Below, piece after piece: positions 1-10,837 of a DNA stretch of 37,384 bases. The stretch covers positions 50,110,460 to 50,147,843 of the forward strand of contig NC_068999.1 in the NCBI RefSeq assembly GCF_001194135.2, written 5' to 3'. The position numbers and the translations under genes are program-made. Source of the stretch: Octopus bimaculoides (taxonomy: Eukaryota). A model generated the notes under the pieces. The model was given only the letters and a program-made list of their open reading frames with translations, was not told where the DNA came from and made no database searches. Positions within the stretch are counted from its first letter, which is position 1. Each line of letters opens with the position of its first letter.

Positions 1-529
1 TTCACTTGTACTTCATCTTTGAATGATCATGTAAATTTTAAATATTCCTCTGAAGGCTACATAAATGGTTGCTGCAGAAATCATTTAAAAAAATAAAAAT
101 AAATTTTTTTTTCCTCTTAAATTGCTTTTAATACATTTACCAAATTGTCCTTGCACATTATTCCCCCAAGGAAGACAAATTTCACAACAGTAAAAAAAAA
201 ATTTTTTTTTAATCTCCAATATTTGCTGAAGTGCTTATTGAATTTTAAAAATATATTTGCTTTCATTTGGAAATTTGTAGAATTTTTGGGACTTTATAAC
301 CATCTTAAAATTTTTTTCTCCCCATTCCTCACCATGTCTGAGACTGATGTTTTCTGTGAAATTTAGTGATATTTTAGCCAGAGTTTAATTAAAATTTAGC
401 TATAGGGCCCAACATACAGTGAGTCAGATTTATATGGAAACTCAGGTTTTTGTTTTTTGATACATATACATATTTTGTGTTGTGACTTTTGGATATTAGA
501 TTCATGAAATTTTTGTATGTAAATATTCT

Positions 530-650
530 TTGCTCTTCCTTCTGTCCCTGTCTTTGTCTTTCTCTCTTACTTTGTCTCATTCTCATTCTTAATCTTTCTC
601 TTTTCTCGCTCTCTTTCTCTCTTTGTCTTTTCACTCTCTCTCACTGTCTC
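530..650. repeat. (TC)n-rich low-complexity tract
   Basis: Direct reading. Confidence 0.9.
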
Positions 651-1084
651 TGTCGATTGCTTCTGGACTTTCCAGATTCGATTTCTTGTAAAAAAGAAAA
701 AAAAAACACTGAAATTTGTCAAATGTATATTCTGCTATATTGTGCTTTGATATTTTTTTTAAATTATACATACATACAAATATATTTAAAAAAAAAAAAT
801 TTTGAGCTGGAAAGAAGAATAAATTTTCACGTGCAATTTTTTTTATTATTTATATGTAGAATAAAATTTTTAATTTGAAAACAAAAAAGAATCGAAGTCT
901 TCTGCTTTTGACTTAGAACTGTTTCTATTTTTGTTAATTGTTCTCTGTTGATGAATATTATGGGTGGGAAGGAAATATACAGTTGGCATCAGAAGAAAGA
1001 AGATTATTTTCGACATGCTAGAATTCTGCCCATACCGCACGAAATCTTAATGAAGGTCATCCCTTCCCTTCAAATGTTGCAAAG

Positions 1085-1150
1085 TGTGTGTTTGTGTATG
1101 CATATGTGTATATATGCACATACATATATAGAAGATATGTACACACTGAC

Positions 1151-1203
<53 letters not shown>

Positions 1204-1290
1204 TAGAAGATATGTGCATACATACGTGTATGTGTTTATGTATATACATATATACACACACATATATATATATATGTGCGCACATTACAT
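1085..1290. repeat. Compound (TA)n/(CA)n/(TG)n microsatellite
   Basis: Direct reading. atagaagatatgt occurs twice inside the tract. Confidence 0.92.
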
Positions 1291-1667
1291 ATACTCTTAA
1301 ACATGTGAACACTTGCTACCTGGATGTTTAGGAAATCTCTACTGAAATGAAAAGGGAACACCCATCCCTCATCTTTCCACACACGCCCCTCCTGCTCTAT
1401 TTCTCTGTCTATATATCTTAGACTTTCTCTCTTTCTTGAATTTAACCAATGTTTACTTTTTTTTTTTCTTTTAAAACTCAAATCTGTCTGTTCTTCCCCC
1501 CTCGTGCTACTGCAGACAAATTCAGTTTTGATTACTCCAGCTTCTTTCTTAATCATTTATAACAAAAACAATGTCTATTGGTTTAACCAATTTCAGTCTT
1601 TAACAAAGATCTCTGTAGTTTTTTTTATTTATTTATTGCTGAAGTTAATCTTGTAGTTGTTTCTTAT

Positions 1668-1688
1668 TACTAATAAGATATTACTAAC
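1668..1688 (+). promoter_or_regulatory. Tandem STAR/QKI response element-like site (TACTAAT…TACTAAC)
   Basis: TACTAAT aagatat TACTAAC. Fits the bipartite QKI/HOW consensus NACUAAY-N(1-20)-UAAY. Confidence 0.4.
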
Positions 1689-2399
1689 ACTTTGAGATAA
1701 AAAAGTTGTGCTCTTTGAGATAAGTAGAGGGTAATGGTCATTATGTGGTATTTTTCCTTTCTTTCCCCCCTTTGCCCACCTTCAAAACATTCATCATTAG
1801 ACAAGGGAATGTGGTTGATGGGTTTTTAGACAACTGTTGACACCAAGATATTATCTGAGAAACTCATTTTGGGAGAATGCAACATTATTTTATTTATTTT
1901 AAACCATGCTGTTGTTTAGTGATGAAATATAAAATCAACTGGAAAAAACTGCAACTGAGCTGACTCGGCACTCTGTATATATAAATTTTACATACAATCT
2001 CAAAGTTAAGTCTTGTGTTGACTCTGCAATTCCATCTTCTGGAGTTAAAATACATTCCAGTAAATATATATTGAAGTGAAACGCTGTTGTATAAACTAGT
2101 GTATTTCTAATTTAGTGTAAATAAATCCATGCCAGTTTATTGCTGCAAAGGCTGCGCCCTTAATCCAATCAGGTGGTGTAAAATGTACTAAATTTCATCT
2201 TTTAATTTAAAGTGCTAGCTTTTATGTAGCTGCAGACATTGTAAATTGAATATCATGAAATTGCACATGATATTGCCATAGATTTCATAAATATGAAGTC
2301 CAGCAATAAATTGTTTTAATTGCCCCCTTAGCATTCAGATTACTGTTGAATTGTAATGCTTATTTATTCACATTGTTTTGAATTTATGATTCATCATCT

Positions 2400-2529
2400 T
2401 TAGCTTTGAGATTTTGATTATAGACTGGTATTATAGGTTTAGTGTAAAAGGTTGTATCTGGCCACTTAGAGAATAAAACCAGTGGAATATTTTGGCTGGA
2501 TATGGCCAGCTTAAATGCTAAAGGGTTAA
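2400..2529. mobile_element. piggyBac-like MITE fragment
   Basis: …ggctggatatggccagcttaaatgctAAAGGGTTAA. Left boundary is approximate. Confidence 0.45.
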
Positions 2530-2810
2530 ACTAGTGATTTTATAAACAAAAATGAGCTGCAATTATGCTTTGTGCTGCCAAGAAATAACCTGGAAAATGC
2601 ACAGCAAGAGTACTTTTTCTTTTCTTTTGTACATTTAAAACTCAACAGTTGACAGGGAATCGGTGTCAAGCATGAAAAGCATTGTACAAAGTTTAACGCT
2701 TGGTTTGCTTTATAAGCAGGGCTAGCACCTTGTTTAAGACTTGACCAGCTATTTTGATTTCTTGATTTTGAAATCCTTTCAGAAAAACTTAAATGGGAAA
2801 TGTCATGCCT

Positions 2811-2836
2811 AGACTAACCGTACCATTTGCAGGCAG
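2811..2836 (+). promoter_or_regulatory. Candidate alternative 3' splice site with GACTAAC branch point and tandem AGs
   Basis: agACTAACcgtaccatttgcAG|gcAG|: ACTAAC at 2813-2818, AGs at 2831-2832 and 2835-2836. Confidence 0.4.
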
Positions 2837-3296
2837 GGTCTTGTGGTGTAGAGTGAATGTTGAACTTGGTTGGCATTTGACATTACAGCTCCTAACTAGA
2901 TAACAAAATTTTTGCTGAAGCTATCTTGTGCAGTGTGAAAGGGAATGGGAGCGACATCTTAATTATCTAGCCATGGGTAGGTTTATCTCTGCTTTAATGC
3001 CATGAGATAACTCCATTTCTAATGCCCAAGTAAAGAAGGTTAGGTTGGAGAAAGAAAAAAAAATTTCCCCTACCCAAAGCTTTTCCTCCTGCCCCTCCCC
3101 CACTTTTTTTTAATACATAATTTTTTTAATCTTTAATTTTTAGCATGTGCTTCTTAATCCAGGCATGAATAATAATATAACTAGCACACTTTTGATTCTC
3201 AAAAGGTTCAGTAATGTCTAAAAAAAAAAAAATCAATTTAAAAATGCAACTCTGAAATGTTTCTCTTAATAATCGTAATGCGGTTTTGTTTCAAAA

Positions 3297-3360
3297 TGAC
3301 TAACATTTGTCTTTTTTTTTCTTTTCTTTTTTTTTTTTTTTCCACCTTTTTTTAACCTAG
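3297..3360 (+). promoter_or_regulatory. 3' splice region: branch point TGACTAAC, long polypyrimidine tract, AG
   Basis: TGACTAAC at 3297-3304, T/C tract ~3305-3353, AG at 3359-3360. Confidence 0.75.
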
Positions 3361-3371
3361 CTGGCAACTAA
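3361..3371 (+). CDS. QKI: Putative last coding micro-segment (x-G-N-stop) of a Quaking/held-out-wings STAR-family gene; upstream coding exons not identified in this window
   Basis: Very strong acceptor (TGACTAAC, ~50-nt pyrimidine tract, cctag|), then CT GGC AAC TAA CCCTAT in phase 1. Vertebrate QKI-5 ends …AATGN* in a short phase-1 last exon recalled as …GGCAACTAACCTATGACC. This is a memory-based match, not a database search. Confidence 0.5.
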
Positions 3372-3547
3372 CCCTATCATCCTGGTCACAAAGCCCTGAA
3401 CCCCCTGTTCGTGTTGTAGACTTCAACATTGCCGGGTGGGATGTTACAGAAGGCGCAGGTGGGGCGTGTTGCGGCCGACAAGCAAAAAGCAAAAAATTTT
3501 TCTAAAAAAAACAAAAAAAAATATTTATATATATAAAAAAAAACTTC

Positions 3548-3830
3548 TATTATTACTACTACTACTACTACTACTCCACCTCGCAGTGCACCATGACTAC
3601 CACTTCTACTATTACCACCACCACTACTACTTCCACCACCACTACTACTACTACTACTGCTGCTACTACTACTACTACTACTATTACTACTGGCATCAAT
3701 TTATCTACAGCTGTCCATTTCCACTCCATCCTTGTCAGTATTACTGCCAGCTGTCTTGTGGCCAAAATGGCATAACTACCACCACCACCACCACCACTAC
3801 TACTACTTCTACAACCATCTTCATCATCTA
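3548..3830. repeat. (CTA)n/(CCA)n trinucleotide microsatellites
   Basis: Direct reading. Source of the poly-Y/poly-T/poly-V ORFs. Confidence 0.92.
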
Positions 3831-4018
3831 CACCAAGCACAGCAGTTGTCAATGGAGAAAGCAGAGATAAGAGAACCAACAGAAAAGGAACAACAGTTTA
3901 GTTGAAACATAACGAAAACTTTAAAAAATGCCTTTGGGGTATTTAAAAAAAAAAAAAAACCAAAAGAGGAAAAAAAACCACAGCCAATGCAGACGAAGAC
4001 ATTGGATTCAATATCTTT

Positions 4019-4210
4019 NNNNNNNNNNNNNNNNNNNNNNNNNNNNNNNNNNNNNNNNNNNNNNNNNNNNNNNNNNNNNNNNNNNNNNNNNNNNNNNNNN
4101 NNNNNNNNNNNNNNNNNNNNNNNNNNNNNNNNNNNNNNNNNNNNNNNNNNNNNNNNNNNNNNNNNNNNNNNNNNNNNNNNNNNNNNNNNNNNNNNNNNNN
4201 NNNNNNNNNN
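4019..4210. other. Assembly gap (other gaps ~6111-6334, 6824-7592, 15771-16660, 17839-18111, 28301-28496, 28953-29764, 36685-36916)
   Basis: Runs of N. They may hide exons or repeats. Confidence 0.98.
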
Positions 4211-5285
4211 CCTTTTCTTTTTAAAAAAAAAAAAAAAAAATTTTTTCTCTCCATTTCAAGGATTTTCATCTTAAAGTGAGTTTTTTTTTTAATTTTTAGT
4301 TTGTCTCCTTCACAAATATATACATATATTTGTGTGTGTGTGTGCGTGCATGTGTATATGTGCAGATATTAAAAAAAAAAATCTTTTTTTTTTTATTACA
4401 TTCTGTCTGGACTGAAAGAATATTTACAAATATGCAGCAGGAGATTTTTGCAGTAGTAAAAAGTGCCTATTTTGAATTCTGAACTTTTTTTTTTTTTTTT
4501 ACTTTTACTAAAAAGAAAAGAAAAAGGAGACGAGAAAAAGAAATGTCTGTTTATATTAACTAAAAAAAAAATGCTTTGGTTTTATTAACTGGCAAATTTG
4601 TCTTATTGAATTTTGGTTTTTATTAACTTCAATTAATACTTCACAAGTGAAATGGAAGTTAGTGTGTCTGAGTTTACGGAAGAAAAGAAAATGGGGAAAG
4701 AACTAAAAGCATATTATTCTCTGAGAGCTTCAAGAGTATCTCCTATCCTTCCGCCACTTTCTATCTATATTCTCTTTTCCACCACCATTGGCCCCTCTTC
4801 TGAAGGGTATGGAATTAGTTGAATTAGTTTTAATTCTCTTTATGGTGGATCTGTGTAAGTTTTGTTCAGTTTCTTCTTGGTAATTAAAAATTGCCTTCCC
4901 CTTTTCTACCTCTTGAAATTGCTAACATAGGATGTAGAAAATTTAGGATTCTACTTGCTGCGCTACATCTTTTGTTATTGCTAACAGTAACACTTGGACT
5001 TAATAGAATGTTCCCCCTGGTTACTCTCTTGCTTTCTGCCCATCACTACAGTCTTTCACATTCTGTATCTGTAATTGCTGCTTCATTAGGGTCTAATGTG
5101 TGATGTTCTGTGTAGACTCATTATGGCAAGGTCAAGGAAATGGTCAGAATTTTTTCTTGTGGCATTTACAAAACTCACATGTTCATGTGTCTACATTGGC
5201 AACCTGTCAGCTACTGTTTCTCATTTTAAATTTGAAAACGCATATGCTCATGCACACACATACACTCTCTCTTTCTCTCTCTATA

Positions 5286-5318
<33 letters not shown>

Positions 5319-5726
5319 CTCTCTGTTTAATCACTTTATAAGATATCCAAGGCAATGAACAAAACTTAGATTTATCCATACATATTTCTAAAGCAATTTT
5401 TCTTTTGTATCTTCTGTCTGAATATCCTTGAAAGTTTCTGGTAGATGTTATAGCAAGCTATGGTTTTCATTTTCTTTGTTTTGTCTTCCCCACTCTCAAG
5501 TAATTATCATGGTGGTATTTGTAAGTACTTAAGCATTATTTCTCACAACTTGTAAATTTGTTTTTACTGTTGAGGCTAGTTGATGTGATGTATCTTCTTT
5601 CCCCTTCCTTTTCTTTCCCATTTTTGTGCAAGGAAGGAGTTGTCAACAGAAAGCTAATTTCCCCTCTGTTCAATATATTATTATTATTATTACTGCAGGT
5701 GGTGCATTAGAACTTCCCCCTTCTCT

Positions 5727-5857
5727 GGTTAACTTTGCCTATCATCCTTTCTGGGGTTGATAAAATAAAGTACCAGTCATTTACTGGGGTAGGTTGACAG
5801 TATCAACTAACCTCTTCCCCCATCAAAATTGCTGGCCTAGTGCCCAATTAGAATTAT
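5727..5857 (+). mobile_element. tRNA-derived SINE family B, degenerate 3' part
   Basis: actttgcctatcatcctttctggggttgataaaataaagtaccag is the reverse complement of the core at 24620-24665 and 29855-29900. Confidence 0.65.
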
Positions 5858-7686
5858 CATTTTGAAATTTAATGATCATTTTAAACTTTTTGTTTCTCTG
5901 AAACTGTTTTAAACATATCAACAAGGAAACACTACTGTACAGGCAATATTTTCGAAATCGTCTCTTCTGAACTTAGTGCATGTCTACGCACTCATGCATA
6001 TATATATGTATGTATATAGTCAAATCGGTGTTAAAAAAGGGTGCTAAGTTAAAGTAATAAGAAAACCAAATTTGCTAACTTCATTTCGTGTTTTCTTGAT
6101 TTCTCTTTTTNNNNNNNNNNNNNNNNNNNNNNNNNNNNNNNNNNNNNNNNNNNNNNNNNNNNNNNNNNNNNNNNNNNNNNNNNNNNNNNNNNNNNNNNNN
6201 NNNNNNNNNNNNNNNNNNNNNNNNNNNNNNNNNNNNNNNNNNNNNNNNNNNNNNNNNNNNNNNNNNNNNNNNNNNNNNNNNNNNNNNNNNNNNNNNNNNN
6301 NNNNNNNNNNNNNNNNNNNNNNNNNNNNNNNNNNTTTCATTTTTATTACTATTGTCCTGTCTACAAAATGGTGTTTGTTCCCAAGATTGAGTCTAGTCCA
6401 CTGCATTGGCAACTCTTTCAGAAGGATTTTTTTAGATTTTAGGGCTTTCTCCATCCAAATGAAATTGTAATTGCTACTTTTTGTTTGGATGGAGTTATTG
6501 CAATTTCTATGGAACCTTCTGAAAATGGGGGAGTTTGTATATACCCTTAAGGGGTTTCCTGGGGTTTTTAAGCAAAATTATTACAGAAAAAAAAATAGAC
6601 CTAACTTAGAAAAAGAAAATAATCCCACCGAAAAAATATTTTTTCTAGTGTTTTTTTTAAAATTTTTATTTTACTTTTGTTCACTTTCATAGTTTTGTGT
6701 GATTGTCCTGTAACCGGATTTCTTTTTTTTTTATAATTTTATTTTACATTATCAAATTATTTTAATTCATTTCCAAATGGGTTGCACTTAAGGATTATGG
6801 GATATTTTGGCTCTCTGGACTTTNNNNNNNNNNNNNNNNNNNNNNNNNNNNNNNNNNNNNNNNNNNNNNNNNNNNNNNNNNNNNNNNNNNNNNNNNNNNN
6901 NNNNNNNNNNNNNNNNNNNNNNNNNNNNNNNNNNNNNNNNNNNNNNNNNNNNNNNNNNNNNNNNNNNNNNNNNNNNNNNNNNNNNNNNNNNNNNNNNNNN
7001 NNNNNNNNNNNNNNNNNNNNNNNNNNNNNNNNNNNNNNNNNNNNNNNNNNNNNNNNNNNNNNNNNNNNNNNNNNNNNNNNNNNNNNNNNNNNNNNNNNNN
7101 NNNNNNNNNNNNNNNNNNNNNNNNNNNNNNNNNNNNNNNNNNNNNNNNNNNNNNNNNNNNNNNNNNNNNNNNNNNNNNNNNNNNNNNNNNNNNNNNNNNN
7201 NNNNNNNNNNNNNNNNNNNNNNNNNNNNNNNNNNNNNNNNNNNNNNNNNNNNNNNNNNNNNNNNNNNNNNNNNNNNNNNNNNNNNNNNNNNNNNNNNNNN
7301 NNNNNNNNNNNNNNNNNNNNNNNNNNNNNNNNNNNNNNNNNNNNNNNNNNNNNNNNNNNNNNNNNNNNNNNNNNNNNNNNNNNNNNNNNNNNNNNNNNNN
7401 NNNNNNNNNNNNNNNNNNNNNNNNNNNNNNNNNNNNNNNNNNNNNNNNNNNNNNNNNNNNNNNNNNNNNNNNNNNNNNNNNNNNNNNNNNNNNNNNNNNN
7501 NNNNNNNNNNNNNNNNNNNNNNNNNNNNNNNNNNNNNNNNNNNNNNNNNNNNNNNNNNNNNNNNNNNNNNNNNNNNNNNNNNNNNNNNNNNNTTTAGAGT
7601 TTACCATTTTCCATATTTTGTATCTTCTTTTTAGTGAAAAATAAACTGGTGTTGCTAGCCAACTTGATTTCTTCTACACTTTTCTT

Positions 7687-7703
7687 TACTAACACTTACT
7701 AAT
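7687..7703 (+). promoter_or_regulatory. Tandem STAR/QKI response element-like site (TACTAAC…TACTAAT)
   Basis: TACTAAC act TACTAAT. Shares the 11-mer TTACTAACACT with 1681-1691. Confidence 0.4.
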
Positions 7704-8308
7704 GCTTTTTTTACATTTTTTTTTTTTTACATTTTTATATTTTCCTATTTAATGTTTTTCTTTTCTCTTTTTGGCTTCCCTACACGCTCACATGCTTTTT
7801 TTATGATTATCTTTCTCTCCCTTACCTAATAATAATAATTTTGGTAGTAACAAGTTCAGAATTTCAGTTTAATTTTTCTTTACAGAGACTTACAGTTCTT
7901 GTCAGCATTTCCCCGTTTCCTTAGCCCTTGCCCGTTCATATTTTCAATTTTACATTATTTATTAAACAAGAAATTTTCAAAATAGCTCTTATGTGGTCAC
8001 TGCTGAGATAAGATGTGTATATATGTAGATTTAGATGTATATAGATTTAGATATATATGATATAGATGTATATATTTCCACATTGGTGTTTTATGTTTGG
8101 CTTGGAACAAGAAGGCTCCTAAATCCATTATGCTGATGTTTCATAACCTTAGTGTCATTTTCAAATTACACTGCTGTAATGGTGTCTGGGTTGCATGTTG
8201 TACAGTAAATTGCAAAGGATCTCAGGGATATTTTGATACCTGATAAAAATCCTCAATACAGGATTTAAAATTATAATAGCAAATCCTGTTTTTTTTTTAA
8301 TCTTATCT

Positions 8309-8668
8309 GGTGTGGCTGTGTGGTAAGAAGCTTGCTTCCCAACCACATGCTTCCAGTTTCAGTCCCACTGCATGGCACCTTGGGCAAGTGTCTTCTATAG
8401 CCTCAGGCCAACCAAACCTTTGCGAGTAAATTTGATAGACAGAAACTGAAAGAAGTCCGTATAGGTTTGTGTGTGTGCGTTTCTCTCCCCTGCACCAGTA
8501 CACCTGTCTCTTGACAACTGACTCTGGTGTCTTTGTCCCCATAACCTAGAGGTTCAGCAAAAGAGACTGATAAAATAAGTCCTGGGGTTGGTTTCTTCAT
8601 CTAAAACCCTTTAAGGCAGTGCTCCAGCATGGCTGCAGTCAAATGACTGAAAAAAGCAAACGAATATA
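8309..8668 (+). mobile_element. tRNA-derived SINE, family A (cephalopod-type), near full length, CpG-decayed
   Basis: Head ggtgtggctgtgtggtaagaagcttgcttcccaaccacatg, central ccttgggcaagtgtcttcta, tail ctccagcatggctgcagtcaaatgactgaa. Aligns by eye to the inverted copy at 13856-14229. Confidence 0.85.
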
Positions 8669-9129
8669 TTGATATAAAATCATGATAGAGCAGTGAATGC
8701 TAAAGTGACAGCTTGCTTTTTCTATATCCTTATAAGGTCAATGCATTTGACAATTTTTTTTTCTCTTAGATTCATTTTGGAAATTAACTTTATTTAATTT
8801 AAAGAATTTTTTGTCTTTTTTGCTGCCTGGGTATCTCTCCATTTAAGTATCAAACTTTGTAGATTCAGTAAATTTATGTCCTTCATAAATACTTTCAGGT
8901 TTAGATTTTTAAATCTATAATCTCAAAATGTATGATGGTGTCCCCAGCATGGCCAAAGCCTGCAGGTTGAAACTACAGGTACACCACTAATATATTTTTT
9001 TTTTCCATCCCTTCCCTTGTATCCTTGGTTCCCGAGCCTTGACACATTAACCATTTTGCCAGACCATCTGTGGTCACATAATAAAAATTCCTCAACACAC
9101 CTCTAACATACCAAATTGTACAGTATCAA

Positions 9130-9380
9130 TGAAGGCACAAGGGTATTTGGCTCTTGATTGTAACGCCTTGATGTTGATTCCCAGTGGAGTGTTGTGTCCT
9201 TGAGCAAGACACTTTATTTCACATTGCTCCAGTTCGCTCAGCCTGTAAAAATGAGTTCTGTGTCATGCTGAATCTCAGAACTACATCAACAGTATGCATA
9301 TCTGTTAAGTGCTCACCCACGATTACATGAGTAGGTTATTCCATTGGTCAGATCAACTAGAATATTCCTCATCATAACCA
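9130..9380 (+). mobile_element. SINE family D, degenerate
   Basis: tgtgtccttgagcaagacactttatttcacattgctccag core is shared with the other D copies. Confidence 0.65.
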
Positions 9381-9772
9381 GAGTGCTGGTTAGTTGTGCA
9401 GCATCCGTACATCTAAAATGCCATGACCTGCCAGGAAACTTAGATTGAATGAAAACAGTATTAAATATAGTTAGATGAAATACAGGTAATTGTGCATTAC
9501 ATTTGTATATTTCTTAATTGCTGTACTTAAAAAGAATGCTACGGCATTATTGCTCCCAAGTTGGTAAATTTTAGGATTTGATCAGAAAAGTCTTGACAGT
9601 GAGGGTCATTAGAATTACTGCCCATTTCAAGTTGATCATTTCATCTTATATTTTGGATATTGCAAGTGAGGCATCTGTTTGCATAAACTTTAATATCTCG
9701 TCCCTTTTACTTCCACTATCATAAACAGTAGATGAAACAATATCACACCTCACATACGGTAGCACCATGGTT

Positions 9773-9808
<36 letters not shown>

Positions 9809-10304
9809 TACCAGTGCCACTGTCTTCTCCTACCTGTAGTAGCCATAGCTAAGGGTAACTTTTTTTAAAGCTTAATAAAGCAGAGCCGCTCTTAGAATTT
9901 CAGTGTTGCCACTAACAAGTGTAGTGTAAACGATGCATGTAAACATATGGTACACGTAATTCCACCTGTGGTTGTGCAATGAACTAGATTGGCAGCCATG
10001 AGAATCCGAAATTCTCCTTTGTAATTTATACAGATTAAAGGAGGTGCCAGACCATCTGTTGCTGGATGTGATTGTAGAGTGTGTGTGTGTATGTGTGTTT
10101 ATTTATATAAGTCCATTATTAACATCCAGTTTTGCATGAGTTGGATGAGTATATTGTAGAGGCCTTTGGATATTTAGGGTGTCTTTTTCTATTTGGCCTT
10201 GCACACCTTCGAAGGTGCAAAGCCAAGATGATCTGTTGACAGGTTAAATGACAAAACTGTCACAGCTTGTAGCTCAGTGCAAATGAAAATTGGCACACAC
10301 ACGC

Positions 10305-10440
10305 ATGACAGGCTTCTTTCAGTTTCCATCTACCAAATCCACTTAAAAGGTTTTGGTTGACCAAGGGCTATAGCAGATACTGCTTCGAGGTGCCACACAG
10401 GGTTGGGACTGAACCAACTGGGAAATGCACTTAATCACAT
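10305..10440 (-). mobile_element. SINE family A, 5' half
   Basis: gacaggcttctttcagtttccatctaccaaatccact matches 14073-14110. Confidence 0.8.
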
Positions 10441-10479
10441 TAGCATGTCCATGCATGCACACACACACATGTGCACAGA

Positions 10480-10837
10480 GATGGCTCTGTGGTTAACAAG
10501 GTTGCTTCCTGACCACATGGTTTCAGGTTCATTCCAACTGCACAGCACCTGAGGCAAGTATTATCTACTATAGCTGTGGACTAACCAAATCCTTGAGTGG
10601 ATTTGGTAGATGGGAACTGAAAGACTCATTTGTGTGTGTGTATACAATGTTTGTGTCTTGTCTTGACATTGCATAATTGTTGTAAACGAATGTCATTCAT
10701 TTCCAATATCCAGCAAAAACGTGTTTGGCCATGAGGAAATATTACGTTACTTGGTAACAGCAAGGGTATTTGACTGTAGGAAAATTTGCCTCAGTAAATT
10801 TCATGCAAGCATGGAAAAGAGATGTTAAATGGTGATG
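10480..10837 (+). mobile_element. SINE family A head with RTE-like tail (catgcaagcatggaaaag…gttaaat)
   Basis: Head aligns to 8309-8460. The 3' end at 10802-10837 matches the tail at 33630-33665. Confidence 0.75.

Noticed and set aside
389-1556. Overlapping ORFs rich in YI/CV/HT/RE
   Set aside because: Dinucleotide and TC-repeat translations.
3436-3879. Poly-Tyr/His/Thr/Val ORFs
   Set aside because: Translations of (CTA)n/(CCA)n microsatellites just downstream of the 3369 stop.
9812-9848. Minus-strand 37-nt exon (cccttag|…|gtatgt)
   Set aside because: Weak pyrimidine tract and no partner exons; the plus-strand reading with a T30 tract fits better.
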